From assembly GCF_009834535.1 (NCBI RefSeq), contig NC_045696.1, forward strand, positions 2,110,001 to 2,174,000: DNA of 64,000 nt, written 5' to 3'. A program made the position numbers and the translations under genes. The notes beneath the pieces are model-generated. The model was not told the origin of the DNA. It did not search any database and saw only the letters and a program-made list of their open reading frames with translations. This document shows, one piece after another, positions 50,467 through 62,797 of this stretch. Origin of the DNA: Camelus ferus. Its lineage: Eukaryota. Numbering within the stretch: position 1 is the first letter of the stretch; the number at the start of each line of letters is the position of its first letter.

Positions 50467-50801
50467 TGCTGTGGGTGGGCCGCGCCTCCCCCAGAATCAC
50501 GGCTGAACTCCTAGTCGTCCCCAGTGGGATGGCACGTGCGGTGGGGCCTTCGGGGTGATTAGGTCGTGAGGGTGGAGCCCCTTGTAAAAGACCCCGGGGA
50601 GCCCCCCGCCCCTTCCACTACACGAGGACCCAGCGAGAAGACGGCTGCCTATGAACTAGGAAGCGGGTCCTCACCGGACACCGAGTCTGCCGGCACCCTG
50701 ACCTTGAACTTCCAGCCTCTAGAACTGTGAGAAATAAACGTCTGTTGTGTGCCAGCCCTGTCTGCGGTTTTCTGTTACGGCAGCCTGGACGGACTAAGAC
50801 A
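50467..50801 (+). mobile_element. ERVL-MaLR solo LTR (MLT1A-like)
   Basis: TG...CA ends; contains 'gtgattaggtcgtgagggtggagccc', 'gaacttccagcctctagaactgtgagaaataaa' and terminal 'gactaagaca'. Confidence 0.85.
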
Positions 50802-50874
50802 CCGTACCAGGAAGGTCTTCCGGGTCAGCACAAACTTCTCGTCTCCTCTGAAAGCAGCAGAGAACACGGAAGGC

Positions 50875-50985
50875 ACTACCTGGGTTCCAATCCCGGCCTC
50901 TCCACCCAGGAGTGTGTGACCTTGACAGACAGATGGACCTCTCTGAGTCTCCACTCCCTCACCTGGGGGAGCAGGGTGGAGGCGT
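50875..50985 (+). mobile_element. MIR remnant
   Basis: 'ctgggttccaatcccggcctc...tgtgtgaccttgac...ctctctgagtctc' matches the MIR core. Weaker MIR-like pieces lie at ~18400-18560, 25515-25620, 41390-41530, 47370-47410 and 52050-52150. Confidence 0.6.
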
Positions 50986-53900
50986 GCCCGATGGGCCTGG
51001 CTCTTCTGCTGTCCTGAGACACTTCTCTCAGGGACCCTCCTGCCCCTGCCTATCTGGGATCGGAAGGTGTCCTCACTGAGGGGCACACGCCCACTGCAAG
51101 CGGCCCGGAAAGCAAACTGCGCCCCCCGACCCACAATTTCTTACCTCCTGGCACGTCTCACTGGCACCAGCCACCAAAACCCCCTCCTTCCTCCAGCTTC
51201 CTCTCCTCAAGCCCAGATCCTGGGATTAAGGATTTTAATTCACAAAAGGGGAAATCTTTTTCACTAGACAGAATTTACTCCAAACAAAGAAGCCCATGTT
51301 CTCACAACAATCTATCAGATGTTTGCTAAATCCTCACAAAAACAGGATCAAGATGTGGAGAAACCAGTAAAAAGACACCCTGACACTTGCACCTACCGCT
51401 GGACCCCCGCGGAATGTCCTCCAGCACAGCTGTCCCCCGCGGTGGCTGCAGCACACGCCCAGCTCCCGACGCCCGCCTGGCCCATCCTGGGACTCTGGGG
51501 TCAGAAGGCGGTAAGCACGGTCCCTGGAGACCCGGCTGAGAGAGCCGGCAGCATGGAGCTGCTTACTGATTAACAGGAGGAAAGCCACCAATCGCAAATT
51601 TTATCATCAACTGAAAACAAGCTGTCAAAGCACCAAACAGTGGAACTGCTCCAAGGCCATTCACTGCCCTGATAAAGCCAACATCTTGCCAAGTTGCTAG
51701 TGTCACCGGAGCTGGGACAGGACGGCAGCCCCGAACCCCACCTTCACACAGGAAGACACGCACACGCACACGCACACACACGCGAGGAACAGGCGTGTCA
51801 CCGCACAGGACACCTGCCGGCCAGTCCAGAAAGCTGCCGCAGGAAGGGTCCCCAGGCTCGGGGGTGCCAGCAGGGTGAAGGCTCAGAAAGTACAGGCGTC
51901 TGGAGTGGAGAAGGAACAGGACAAAAGGCACGGCCCTGGGAGGGCAGGGACGGAAGTGGTGGGCGGGCGTGGCGGCCCAGAGTCACTTCTCCGAGCACCC
52001 CGATCCTCACCTGCAGAAGACGCCCAGAGCCCAGGAGCCATGGCGGAGGCTCCATGAGAGCACAGAGGGGCAAACACCTGGCACAGGGTGGCTTGTGCTC
52101 CAGAATCAGGGCTTGAAAACACTGTGAGCCCAAATCCCAGTTCTCAGGTCTCCGTGCTATTTGGGAAGAAAGCAGACACCAATGCTCTGTATCTCCGTGC
52201 ACCAGGCCTCCTGCTGCCAGAAGGGCACCGCTCCGAGGACAGGAGCTGATGAGCACATTTAACAGATTAAAGTCAAGAGAAGGCAGGAGAACAAAGGAGA
52301 AGGAAGATGAATGATGAAGGTGATGAAGTAGAAAGTCCAAGTCCATCAGTGACCACAGTGAGTCTCACCAGCAGTTTAAGAACCCAGCAGCCCACTAGAT
52401 TCACAAGAGACAAATGACGCTAAGACATGATGTCACAGAAAGACTGAAACCGAAGGCAAAGGAAAGACACGCAGACAAACGCCCACGGAGCGAGCACTGG
52501 GTACCAGAGTAAGATGCAGAAACAGCTTGCAGGCAAGAGGTCCTGGAGGGGTGACAGGGGCTGGGACCCGGGGAAGAGTGGCTCCGTTCACACGGACAGT
52601 CCAAACCCGTGCCCACGACTGATCCAGACGTGGCTGAGCCACCAGGACGTTCAGGTGGAGAGAGAAGGCCAGGCAGAGAGGGCTGACCCAACGGGACATG
52701 CTATGTGCTCCGATAACCAAGCAGGGTGCCATCATTCCACCCACCACGGCAGGTAAAACGACGTCGGGGCAGCTGAGCGACCGGCAAGAACAGCTCAGGT
52801 GTGCAGGGGCGGCGGGACCAGGTGCCGGGGGAGGGAAAGCCTTGGGGACGGGGAGGTCACAGGGCATTTTATTGTCCCTCTTAGTAGAGAAAGGACAGAT
52901 AGTATCCAAAAGGGGGAACTCAGGATCTGACGTAAAGGCATTCATATGAGGTAGCCACTAAGGCAGAACACACACTGCCCCAACCATCAGGGCAGCACCA
53001 CCAAGCAGCACAAGGCAAAACACCAGAAGGGCGACGGGAGAGAGCACTGCGTGCATGGAGCACCGTGTCTGCGCCGTGCGTGTGCTGTGCGGGCAGCAGC
53101 CTCTCTGTGCTTACCCCCCAAATGCACAGAACACCGACAGCACTAATCCAAACACGTGCATCCTATCGGTCAGTACGCGGGGCTAAGATCAGCTCCTAAC
53201 AGGGAAATAGTTTCACAGCAGCTTATGAAACAGAACCCAGCCCTGCGAGGTGTAAGAGAATTACTCAGCGCGGCTGCAAGCGAGGAATGAGGGTGCACTC
53301 AGGAAACGCCCCCACAACAGGGGCAAGACCTCAGTGTCAGAGAACAACCAGGCGAGCGAAATGCAATGAGACAAACCAGGAACGCCTATGATGCTCCGGA
53401 CTAACGTTCTTAAGGAAGATGCAGCAGGTTAACACCCGCGGGCCAAGTAATCCAGCAACACTCTTCATAAAGCAGAAATTACTGGGGACGCCACAGGAAC
53501 AAATCAAAGGCGCTAATAATAGGAGACACTAATACATCTCTTTCAACCCAGAAAAGAACAGTGGTCAGAAGGACCAGAGGAGCTGTAACAGCAAGACTGA
53601 TGGAGTGGACTCCGAGGACGTGCAGCCAATCCTGTGCTTGGTAAGTGAGGCTGCCCCCCCTTCCAGCTGCTCATGGAAACACTGGTGAACAGAGCCCCTA
53701 AAATACGCAACCAAGAAATTTTCAACAAATGCCAAACAGTAACTAAACACAAACAATATTCCCTAGAAATTATAAATAAAATCAGGAAACAGAAAGGGCT
53801 CCCAACAGATGTAAATGTTTTCCTCTAAGATGCTCCTCCCGGGGGAAGTAGAAACCCAAGCTGCAGAATTTCTAGAAACATAATGAAAACTAAAGCAGTG

Positions 53901-54602
53901 TTTAGAGGAAAATTTATCACATTAAATACTTTAAGTCTTTAGAAACGAAAGCATGAAAATAAGAGAGTGGAGGCTCCGATTCAGAAAGTCAGAAGAAAAT
54001 GAAAGAGTAACTGATGGAATTAATAAAGGCAAAAGCAAAAAAAAAAAAAAAAAAAAAAAAGAGAGAGAGAGAAAAAGCATTCCGATTAACAGCTAAACTT
54101 TAAAAGTGGGTTTTGGAAAACATCAATAAAACAGATGAGTCCCTCATAGCAATAAAAATAAACTAAGAAAAGGGGGAACAAAATACATAAAATAAGAAAG
54201 GAGAGAATAACCTTCAAAAGAAGACAATTTTTTTAAATCATGGAAATAATTGCACATCTCTATGCAGATAAATTTGGAAACCTAGATGAAGCAGGTAATT
54301 TTCTAATAGAAAAAATTTACAAAAACAGTGACCCCAGAAAAGATAGAAAGTCTGAACAGACCTATTTTTATAGAATTAAAAGAGGTATCTGTCAGCGTTA
54401 CCACTAATGAAAGCTACCAAACCCAGGTGATTTCACAAGAGAATTCCACCAATCCTGTAAGAACAGATTGTCTTACAATGATTTAACCTCAAGAACATAG
54501 AGAAGGAAGGAAAATTTCCAAATGATTTTTTATGAAGCAAGTGTGAGACTGAATCCAGGAAGAATGAAGAAGGCAGGCAGCAGGGAGGAAACGTGTCTAA
54601 AT

Positions 54603-55314
54603 CAATGGTTCTCAAGTGTGATGTGAGGACCCCAGGGGTTCCCAAGACCCCGTTGTTAGATCTGAGAGTCCTTAGTTTTCCAAGCACGCACTTGGTGAGG
54701 CAGAATTTTCCGTATCAACCTTCATCAAACAACCCAGTAAAACAGTCTGAATGCAGAAGCAGCTATTTCGGGGGTCCCCTAACAGGTAAGACATTTGAGA
54801 GATTAATTGCATTGCCAAAATATAAGACAATGCCCCTCTCCTCACTATACTTTTTTCAGTTTAGGAAAGCATAGGTTTTCTTTATAAAAATGTTATTTAT
54901 GTGAACATGTAATGAGTTTATTGCTGCTCTTTTAAAGGAATTATTTAATAAGTATTTTGAAATGCTCTCAGGGTTAATTTTTAAACTATTACACATCAGC
55001 AGCAGAGCTTCTCAACTGTGACACAAATGCCATTTTGGACCAGGTGCTCCTTTGCTGTGGGGATGCCCTGGGCTTCGTGGGATACCTGGCAGCGTCCCTG
55101 AATCCCCCACTAGATGCGGCAGCTGCAGCCCGCCACACACACTGTGTCCGCCAAAAACATCTCCTGATCACACCGCATGTCCCCTTGGGTGGGAGAAGGC
55201 CCACCCCCTGCTGAGAACCACAGTAGATACAACTCACAAAAGCAAAAGTTCTTTAGGGCCTTCAATAATTCTTTAAGATTATTGGTAAAGAGACCAAATA
55301 TTTGAGATTCATTG
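54603..55314 (+). mobile_element. hAT-Charlie element (Charlie1-like, internally deleted)
   Basis: Termini caatggttctcaa ... ttgagattcattg are imperfect inverted repeats. Internal 'tgaatgcagaagcag' and 'aaaatgttatttatgtgaacatgtaatg' match the recalled Charlie1 3' part. Confidence 0.7.
55003..55223 (+). mobile_element. MER20 (hAT-Charlie MITE) nested in the Charlie1-like element
   Basis: About 220 bp with cagagcttctcaac...ctgagaaccacag ends; internal 'cattttggaccagg..ctttgctgtgggg' and 'cccactagatgc'. Confidence 0.8.
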
Positions 55315-58300
55315 CTCTTTACTTACGAATACAAACATAAAAATTCCCTTAAAAATTAGCAAATTAAAATTAAATTAAAATTTAGCAAACAGAATCTAAC
55401 AGCACATTAAAAAACAATACATCGTGACCAAGTGGGGTCTATTCCATGAATGCAAGGATGGTTTGATAGTGGACAATCTATCAATAAAATCCATCCTATA
55501 TCTTTAAAAAGAATGCTAGGCAGGTAATTTAACAAAATCTAACTTCACTTCCTGATTAAAACACTCAAAAAAGTAAGAGCAACTGGAAGTATTACATATG
55601 CTCACTACACGCTTCCCCCCGAGATGGCACACTCACTGTATAGTTCCCTGCGAAGTGACAGTACCTAAGACCCAGAGTCAGTGTTTACTTAAAGGACAAA
55701 CACTAGGGCCACTCCAGCAAACAGCAGGAAGCAGGCAAAATGCCCATTACTTAACCGGCCGGTCACGTGCGTGAACACAGATGGGCCACTGGCAACAATG
55801 TGCATTAGCAAAGTGATTCCAGCCATGTAGTCACCAAAGCACACTTGACCGAATCTGGTTTATACCAGGACACAGGAATGGTCTACCACAGAAAATCAAG
55901 AAATCTAGTTACTGTCAGCAAGAGATAAAAGGAAAAAACCGACACGATCGTGTCATTAGATTCGGGAAAAGCAGAGGGTGAGTTCAACCCCACTCATAGC
56001 TGCTTACAGGCCTCTGCCACCGAGGCTCCTGCTGCTCAGAGATCTTACCGCAGCCACTGTGACAAGACACATAAAGAAGTAAGAGAAATAGGACTTAAAA
56101 GAAGAAAACAAGCTCTTGTCATTCGTTGATGACAAGACTGTCTACACAGAAGATCCAGTAAGTTCTTGAGGCAAGTCCCTGGTGAGGACGGGGTGCCGGT
56201 GGGCTGGCAGCAGCACTCAGGCTGGCAGTGCCTCCCCGCCGGGCCTGCCAGGGGCTTCCTTGGGAGATGCTCACGTCGCTGGAGGGACCAGAAAGACACG
56301 AAGTGGCACTAAAACCAAGAAGGGGCCCCAGGTGTGTGAGGCGACAGGTCTTCCTTCAGCATCCAGGGCTGTCTGAGCACCACGGTCCCCTGCCTGCCTC
56401 TGTCCCGACGTTTCCACGGGAGACCACTTCAGGCAACGCCAAGTGGGGGCGGCGGCTCAGGGAACCCTGGCCCCAGGAGACGCGTCCCCCAGGCACAGCC
56501 CCACTCCTGCCCCAGTTGGAGCTGCTGGCGCGGAGCCAGGCAGGTGGCAGGATGCCTGGTGCTGGGACCTGGGGATTCAAGAGGGTTCTCCGGTTTTCAG
56601 GTCTATTCACAAGAGATGAAGCGTTGCCAGGCCATCAGCGTCCATGGGACAAGAGACAGGGCCCCGATACCGCGGCCTCGCGGACAAGCGGAGTCAGCGG
56701 AAGCCCGGCCATGCTCGGACTTTAGGTGCTTGAAGGATGCGGCCTCACTAACGAGCACTGGCGACCAGGCAATAAAATGCCTGCAGACGTGCGTGCACAT
56801 CACAAGAGGAACAGCGTGGAATGTTCCAGAAAGCAGACACTCCCTGGTGGAAAGGGACTCTGGCCCAGGCCACTGTTCATGCAGGGCCTCCCCCCTCGCC
56901 CCCTGCAAACTTAGGAACTGCACCAGCCAGAGACGCCACGCGGGCAGGGGGCAGAGTCCACCTTCCAGCGGGTCGGGCAGCTGGGCCGGGCGGGGCCGGT
57001 CCGACACGGCAGAGGCACGGGGCCCTCGCGGCCGTCTCCGCGGACCAGCTCCACCGCGCCCCCGGCCCCCGCCAGCCCCTCCCTCAACACGAGTCCGAGC
57101 GTGCTGGCTCTACGACGCCTTCTGAGACACGCAAACACATCTCTGGAAAGCGTACTCTGGTCCAAATAAACTATGACCTGTGCTCTGAAACCATTACCAG
57201 ACACTTCCTGTAAAGCATGTGTGTGTACATGTGTGCATGCGTGTGGACACACGTGTATACCCAGCTCTTTAGCATATACGCATAAAAGAGGAAGTCAAGT
57301 TTTTAAATGAGGTGGGTCTGTGTGCACTAAGGCTCCCAAGGAAGTTAACAATCACGTTGCACAGATGCACGTTGTGACGGGCAGACACAGGTTTAGAAAC
57401 GCTGTGCAGGTATGTTCTCATGTGTGTTTTGACAAGCTCTGGAAGGACAAACCACAAGCCATCTATAGCAGTTCCCTCCAGGAAAAAGGGTGGGATTCGG
57501 GTGGAGTAAAGAATAAAATTTTGATTATTTATCAGATTTGGTTCTGTGTTTTATTTTTATAAGCACGTATCACTTCTTTGATTAAAATTTAAATATTAAC
57601 AGAAATTATCTTGCTTGCTTATAAAGCGCCCATCTTTTGTCTCTGCAGCGGGTACGACAGTCCCACCAATCACGCTGAACACCGGCAAGACTGTTTTCTA
57701 AGGAAAAAGCTTACCCTGTAGGGGCCACGTCTTCTCTAGACACTACCTGGCGGTCACAGTCTGAGCCCTCTGCTCGGCCCCTCATGTTGCCTTTAGAGCA
57801 AAGAGAGCCCGTCCTCAAACTCGGGCCAGGGTGGAGCCGGGCAGGGGCTCCCACCGACTCCTCCCTGTGCCCACCTCCCGCACCCCGGCTGCAGGGCCCC
57901 TCCCTGAGGGCGTGAGGGCCTTGCACTCGGTTCTGAGTCCATGGTCCACATGGGCCACGGCAGGAGGGCTGGGGTTTCAGCATCAGTGCCCAAGACAGAC
58001 TAAGGAAAGCCTTCTGATCATCTTAAACCTGTAAGGAGAGTTGGCGGAAACCAGCACGAGCCAAACCTGCAGTAATTACACAGAAGAGACGCTTGCTTTG
58101 TCCTGCGGTTTGTCAGTTAGGGGCCACAGCCAGTGACTGAGCGCTCTGCCCGGGGCCACGCTGGGCTGGTTCTCAGGAGCGTCAGTGCCTGGGGGTCCAC
58201 GTGGAGGACCGCCCCACAGCCCGGGCCCCAGGGGTCTCCCGGCCTCTCCCACCAGGGCAGCGATGGCTGGTTCCGCAGGGCTGGCGCAGGACGTGACTGC

Positions 58301-61300
58301 CAGCACGAGTGTCCTCCAGGGCAGGGCAGGGGCTCCGAACCCCAGAGGGGCCACGGGGCAGGCGAGAGCAGGCAAAGGGCTCGTCCTCATCGGAAAAACA
58401 CAAATAAGAGTCACTCGGCACAGAGCGGGAGAGAACTGAGTGATGAGGGGTTTTAAGGTGCTCAGCTCCGCCGGCATTCCTAGTAAGAGTGTCAGAGTTC
58501 TCCAAGGGGTCAGACCAGGCTGTGGCCACCAGGACGCCGAGTGAGCCCCCCGCTCCTCACCCGCAGCCGCCAGCTCCGTCTCCCCTCCGCAGCCACGGGC
58601 CACACAGACCCCACACTGGGCTTTGTAACTCTCGTTGCTCTGACGATTAATGAGGGTGCACGTCCTTCTGGGTGTTTATGAGACATTTGGACGTCTTTGG
58701 AGAGGTACCAGCTCAAGCCATCAGCAAACAGTTTGCTTTTAAACTCCAACACCGGCGACAGCAGCCTGGGGCGGGGGGCGTGCTGCTGCCTCTTCCCTGC
58801 CTCTATGAAACGGCAGGTTGTGTGCACGTAACTGGAAGTCGTTTCTGTAAACGTTGAGTTAACCTGGATGCTGGGTTGTGAATCCGATCTGGTATCGTTC
58901 CGTAGCTGAAAAGCATAAAGTTACTGGTTCTTTTTCCAGTCCTCAATTGTTAGGGAACGTAGAGGCCCCATCCTCAGAAAAGACGGAGATGAGACTGATT
59001 CCCGTCTCCAACCTCCCAAATTCCATCCTTCTGGGAGAGGGCTGCCTGATAGCCAGTGACCTCGGCCATTCTCCCCCCGGAAACAAACCCCTGCTGACGA
59101 CATGCCTGCCTTACACAACGCAATACACTTCACAGATCAAAAGGCTCTTGGTGCCACCCACAGCTCCCGCGCCGCCGCCCGGGGCGAGGGCAGTTACAGG
59201 AAATTCTCCTTTCTGCCGAGTACAGTTGCCCCGTTGCCAGGTGATAATCAAAAGGGAAGGAACACACGGAGCACTCAATTTTAGGATACAATGTAGTTTG
59301 GCTTTCTTTTGCACAGAATATCAGCTTGCAACAGTGTAACAGTGGAAACCATAACTGGGTACTGAATCAGTAATGAGCAAAAAAGGCGACTACACCTTTG
59401 CTGACTCGGGACGTTGGAGACGCTCAGAGAACGCAGGGGCTGAGGGCTGTCATGGGTCTCACATCTGTCACCGGTTATCCGATGAGCATGCATAATAAAA
59501 CATTTAATTATAAAGAGACACTAAGCAAAGTAATTTTAATTTGAACACTGAGGAGGAACAGCGGTGCCATTCATGTATTCAAGCAACACGACTGGTAACC
59601 AGGCAGGACCATAAACACAGAAAGCAGGAGACCAGCCCTGGGCTGCACTGACCCTGCCCCACCCCAGGGGCTTGTCCTTGAGTGACGAGCAGCTCCCAGC
59701 ACGCAGGGTCACTGTGACAGGAGGTGGAACTGCCCGCCCACCAAGAGCTGGGGACCACGAGCTAACCGTGTAAACTGCCAAACAGAACGGCTGGACTCGC
59801 TCCCTGCAGAAGGGGTGCTAGGAGACAGATGTCGCCCGGGCCCAAGAAGCAGCAGCAGGAAGAGGCCTCCTGGTCGAGGCTGATTAAGACAAAAGGAGCC
59901 CGTCGCTCAGGCACCTCACACAGCAGATCCCAAAACGTCTGGGTGCCGGTGCAGAAGGGAGGTGGTCAGCATGGGCCCTAAAAGGCCTGGGCTGCCCGGA
60001 GTCAGGACACGGAGGACAGGAGAGCACCCAGGTCACTCGAGGTCACTCTGTGGGACAGGCTCTGTCCTCAGTCCCAGATAACTAGGGACACCTGGTTAAC
60101 ACTGGGCTTCCCAGGGGAGCTCCCTGCAGAAGCAGAAGGCTCCGATGGCAAACAGGGCTCTCCTTCTCCTGGAAAACGTGCACTCTGACCACCAGATCAT
60201 ACGTCCACCCTGGATGTCTGAACTGGGCAGCTGCATCCATCTCAAAGACACGTACGTGCATGACTGAATCACCGTGCTGCGCGCAACCAACTATGCTTCC
60301 ATTAAAAGAGAGACAGACAGAAAGACTCAGGGACTTCCAGGTCTGCGGGGTGATGCCCACAGATGCCCCCACAGGTGCCCCTGCAATTTTAGCTCGTCCC
60401 CCCAGGAAAGGACAGAAGGGGAAAGAAACTGCTCTGCCTGAACTTTTTCATTTGGATTTGGGCCAAATGGGAACTGATTATAATAAATATCCTTTGGCTG
60501 GAGGAAACCTTTAAAGTATTCACCCCTTTAAGAAAATCAACCAACTACACACTAAGGCCGGACCGCGCCCCAAGGGCCCCTTCCATGTCATCAAAGCCGG
60601 ATGGGCAGGCCTGGCTCTCCAGGTGGCAGACTTCCGTGTCTGCCAACAGAGCAGGCCCGGGGCGCGGGGCAAGACCCACTCCAGCGCTGCTCTGGGGGAC
60701 AGAAATAAGCACACGCACATGGACACGCACACACACGTGGCTCAAGCGTCAGGCGCCTCCCCTAACTCACCGCGGCACGGGGGCAGCGGGGCAGCGGGGC
60801 AGAGTCGTCCTCAGAAGGCTCCGACTTGAAGGCCCGAGAGTGAAAGGCACAAGCACAGATTCACCTGCGCAGGAAAGACACAGCGTGAGTGAGCCACACG
60901 CAGCCACGTCACATCAGAGCCTGCACCTCAGGGAGACAGACAGTGACGGATGTGCCTTGTTTCCCGATGTACCCAACCGGCCACCAACAAGCAAACAGCA
61001 GGGACAGCCTGTTTGGGCCTTTTCGAGCACTGTTGCTGCCCCCCGCCTCATAAGGAGGCCCAACAGATGGCCCATAAATGAACAAACCAGAGAGGCCCAC
61101 AGGTCACGCCCCAGGAAGGACTGCAAAGCAATTTCAACCTCCCCGCGGGCTCCCAGAGCAGCTGACAGTGAGCTGCCTCCCACAGAGGAGGCCGAGCAGA
61201 CTGGCCTCCAGGCGGGGGGCCCTCTGGGCCCTGGTTCCCCGCACAGCGACCTTGCGGCCTCAGCTGCACACCCGCTGCCCCCCAGACCCCCAAACCCGGC

Positions 61301-61404
61301 GGGATGGGCTCTCCAGACCAGACCAGCCCTCCTGCCACACAGCTTGGCTGCAATCAGCAAGCAAAATCCCAGCCTACTGGCTAATTTAGCCCTTGTTTTT
61401 GTTT

Positions 61405-62766
61405 GCTTGTTTTAAATTGTGGTAAAACACACACACAAGTCACCACTGGAACCACGTCTAAGCGCACAGGTCAGTGGCATCAAGTACGTTCGCAGTGTGT
61501 GCAACCATCACTACCGTCCACCCACAGACCCTGTCCCTCTTCCCAGACAAACTCGGCCCGCGACACTCGCCCACCAGCCCTGGCCCAGCCCCTGGCACTC
61601 CCCACCTGACCTTCCGACCCCGGGAACTTGACACGAAGGTGCAGTCACACAGTATTTGTCCTTTCGTGTCTGGCTTACTTCCCCTCAAGGCTCATCCATG
61701 TTGTAGCGTGGGTCAGAATTTTGTTTTTAAGGCTGAGTAATATTACACTGCATGTAGATACCACTTTTTTCTTCTATAAATCTTACAGTTTTAGCTTGCA
61801 CGCTTAGATCTGTGATCCACTTTGAGTTAGTTTTTTAACATGGGACGAAGTTGGGCAAAGGTTCAGCTTTATACACAGCTGTGCGACGGTCCTGGTATGT
61901 TTATTGACAACACGCTCGCTTCTCCGCTGAACTATGTTGGAACTTCTGTTGGAAATGAAGTGACTATAAATGTGTGGCTTTGTTTCTGGAATCTTTCCAT
62001 TCTGTTGATCTTCATCTACACTTTTTTTGCTACTTCCACGGGGTCTAGATTACTGTAGCAACAGAGGAAGTCTGAAAACCAGGGACTCTTTTGTGTGTCT
62101 CTTCAAAATTAGCCCGGCTCTCCCAGGTCCTTGAATTTTCATGTAAATTTTAGACTAAGTCTGTAACTTTCTACAAAAAGCCTTGCCAGGATTTTGATTG
62201 TGACTGCACCGGATCTATGTATCAATTCCGGTAGATCGGCATTTTAAGAACATCGGGTCCTGCGGCGCATTCACAGAGCATCTCTCTCCGTTTACTTAGG
62301 TCTTCGGTTTCTCTGGCACCATTTTGTTAGATTGATCCTCCCGACGTTCACACTTTTGATGCTATTATAAATGGTGTTTTATTACAGCTTTTATATGTTC
62401 AGTGCTGGTGCACAGAAATAAAATCAGTTTGTTGTAATAACCTGGTGTCCCGTAACGTCACCAAACCCATCCATTGGTCTAGTAACTTTCTTGTGGGTTT
62501 CTTAGCATTTCCCACATCGGCCAGCATGTCATCTGTGAATAAAGACAATTTTACTTCTTTTATTCCATGCTGTATGTCTCTTCTTTCTTTTCTTGCCTTA
62601 CCTTTCGAGGACAATGTTGAGTGAGGTGAGAGCAGATGTCCTCTCCTGGCTCCCCGCCCGGAAGGACACCGTCGGTCTCTCCCCATCAGGCAGGACACTC
62701 GCGACAGGCCTTCCACAGAGCCCTTTACTGGGCTGAGGGCGTCTTCTCTGTTCTGGACTGCTGCGG

Positions 62767-62797
<31 letters not shown>

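Larger units (their letters stand above)
52850..56170 (+). mobile_element. Ancient LINE-1 (L1M) ORF2 remnants, interrupted by DNA transposons
   Basis: L1 phrases 'aaagcagtgtttagaggaaaattt', 'aaatttggaaacctagatgaa' and 'gaccaagtggggtctattccatgaatgcaaggatggtttga'. Boundaries approximate. Confidence 0.65.

Noticed and set aside
60585..61415. 276-aa plus-strand ORF
   Set aside because: Low-information composition, antisense within an intron, and no splice or domain support.
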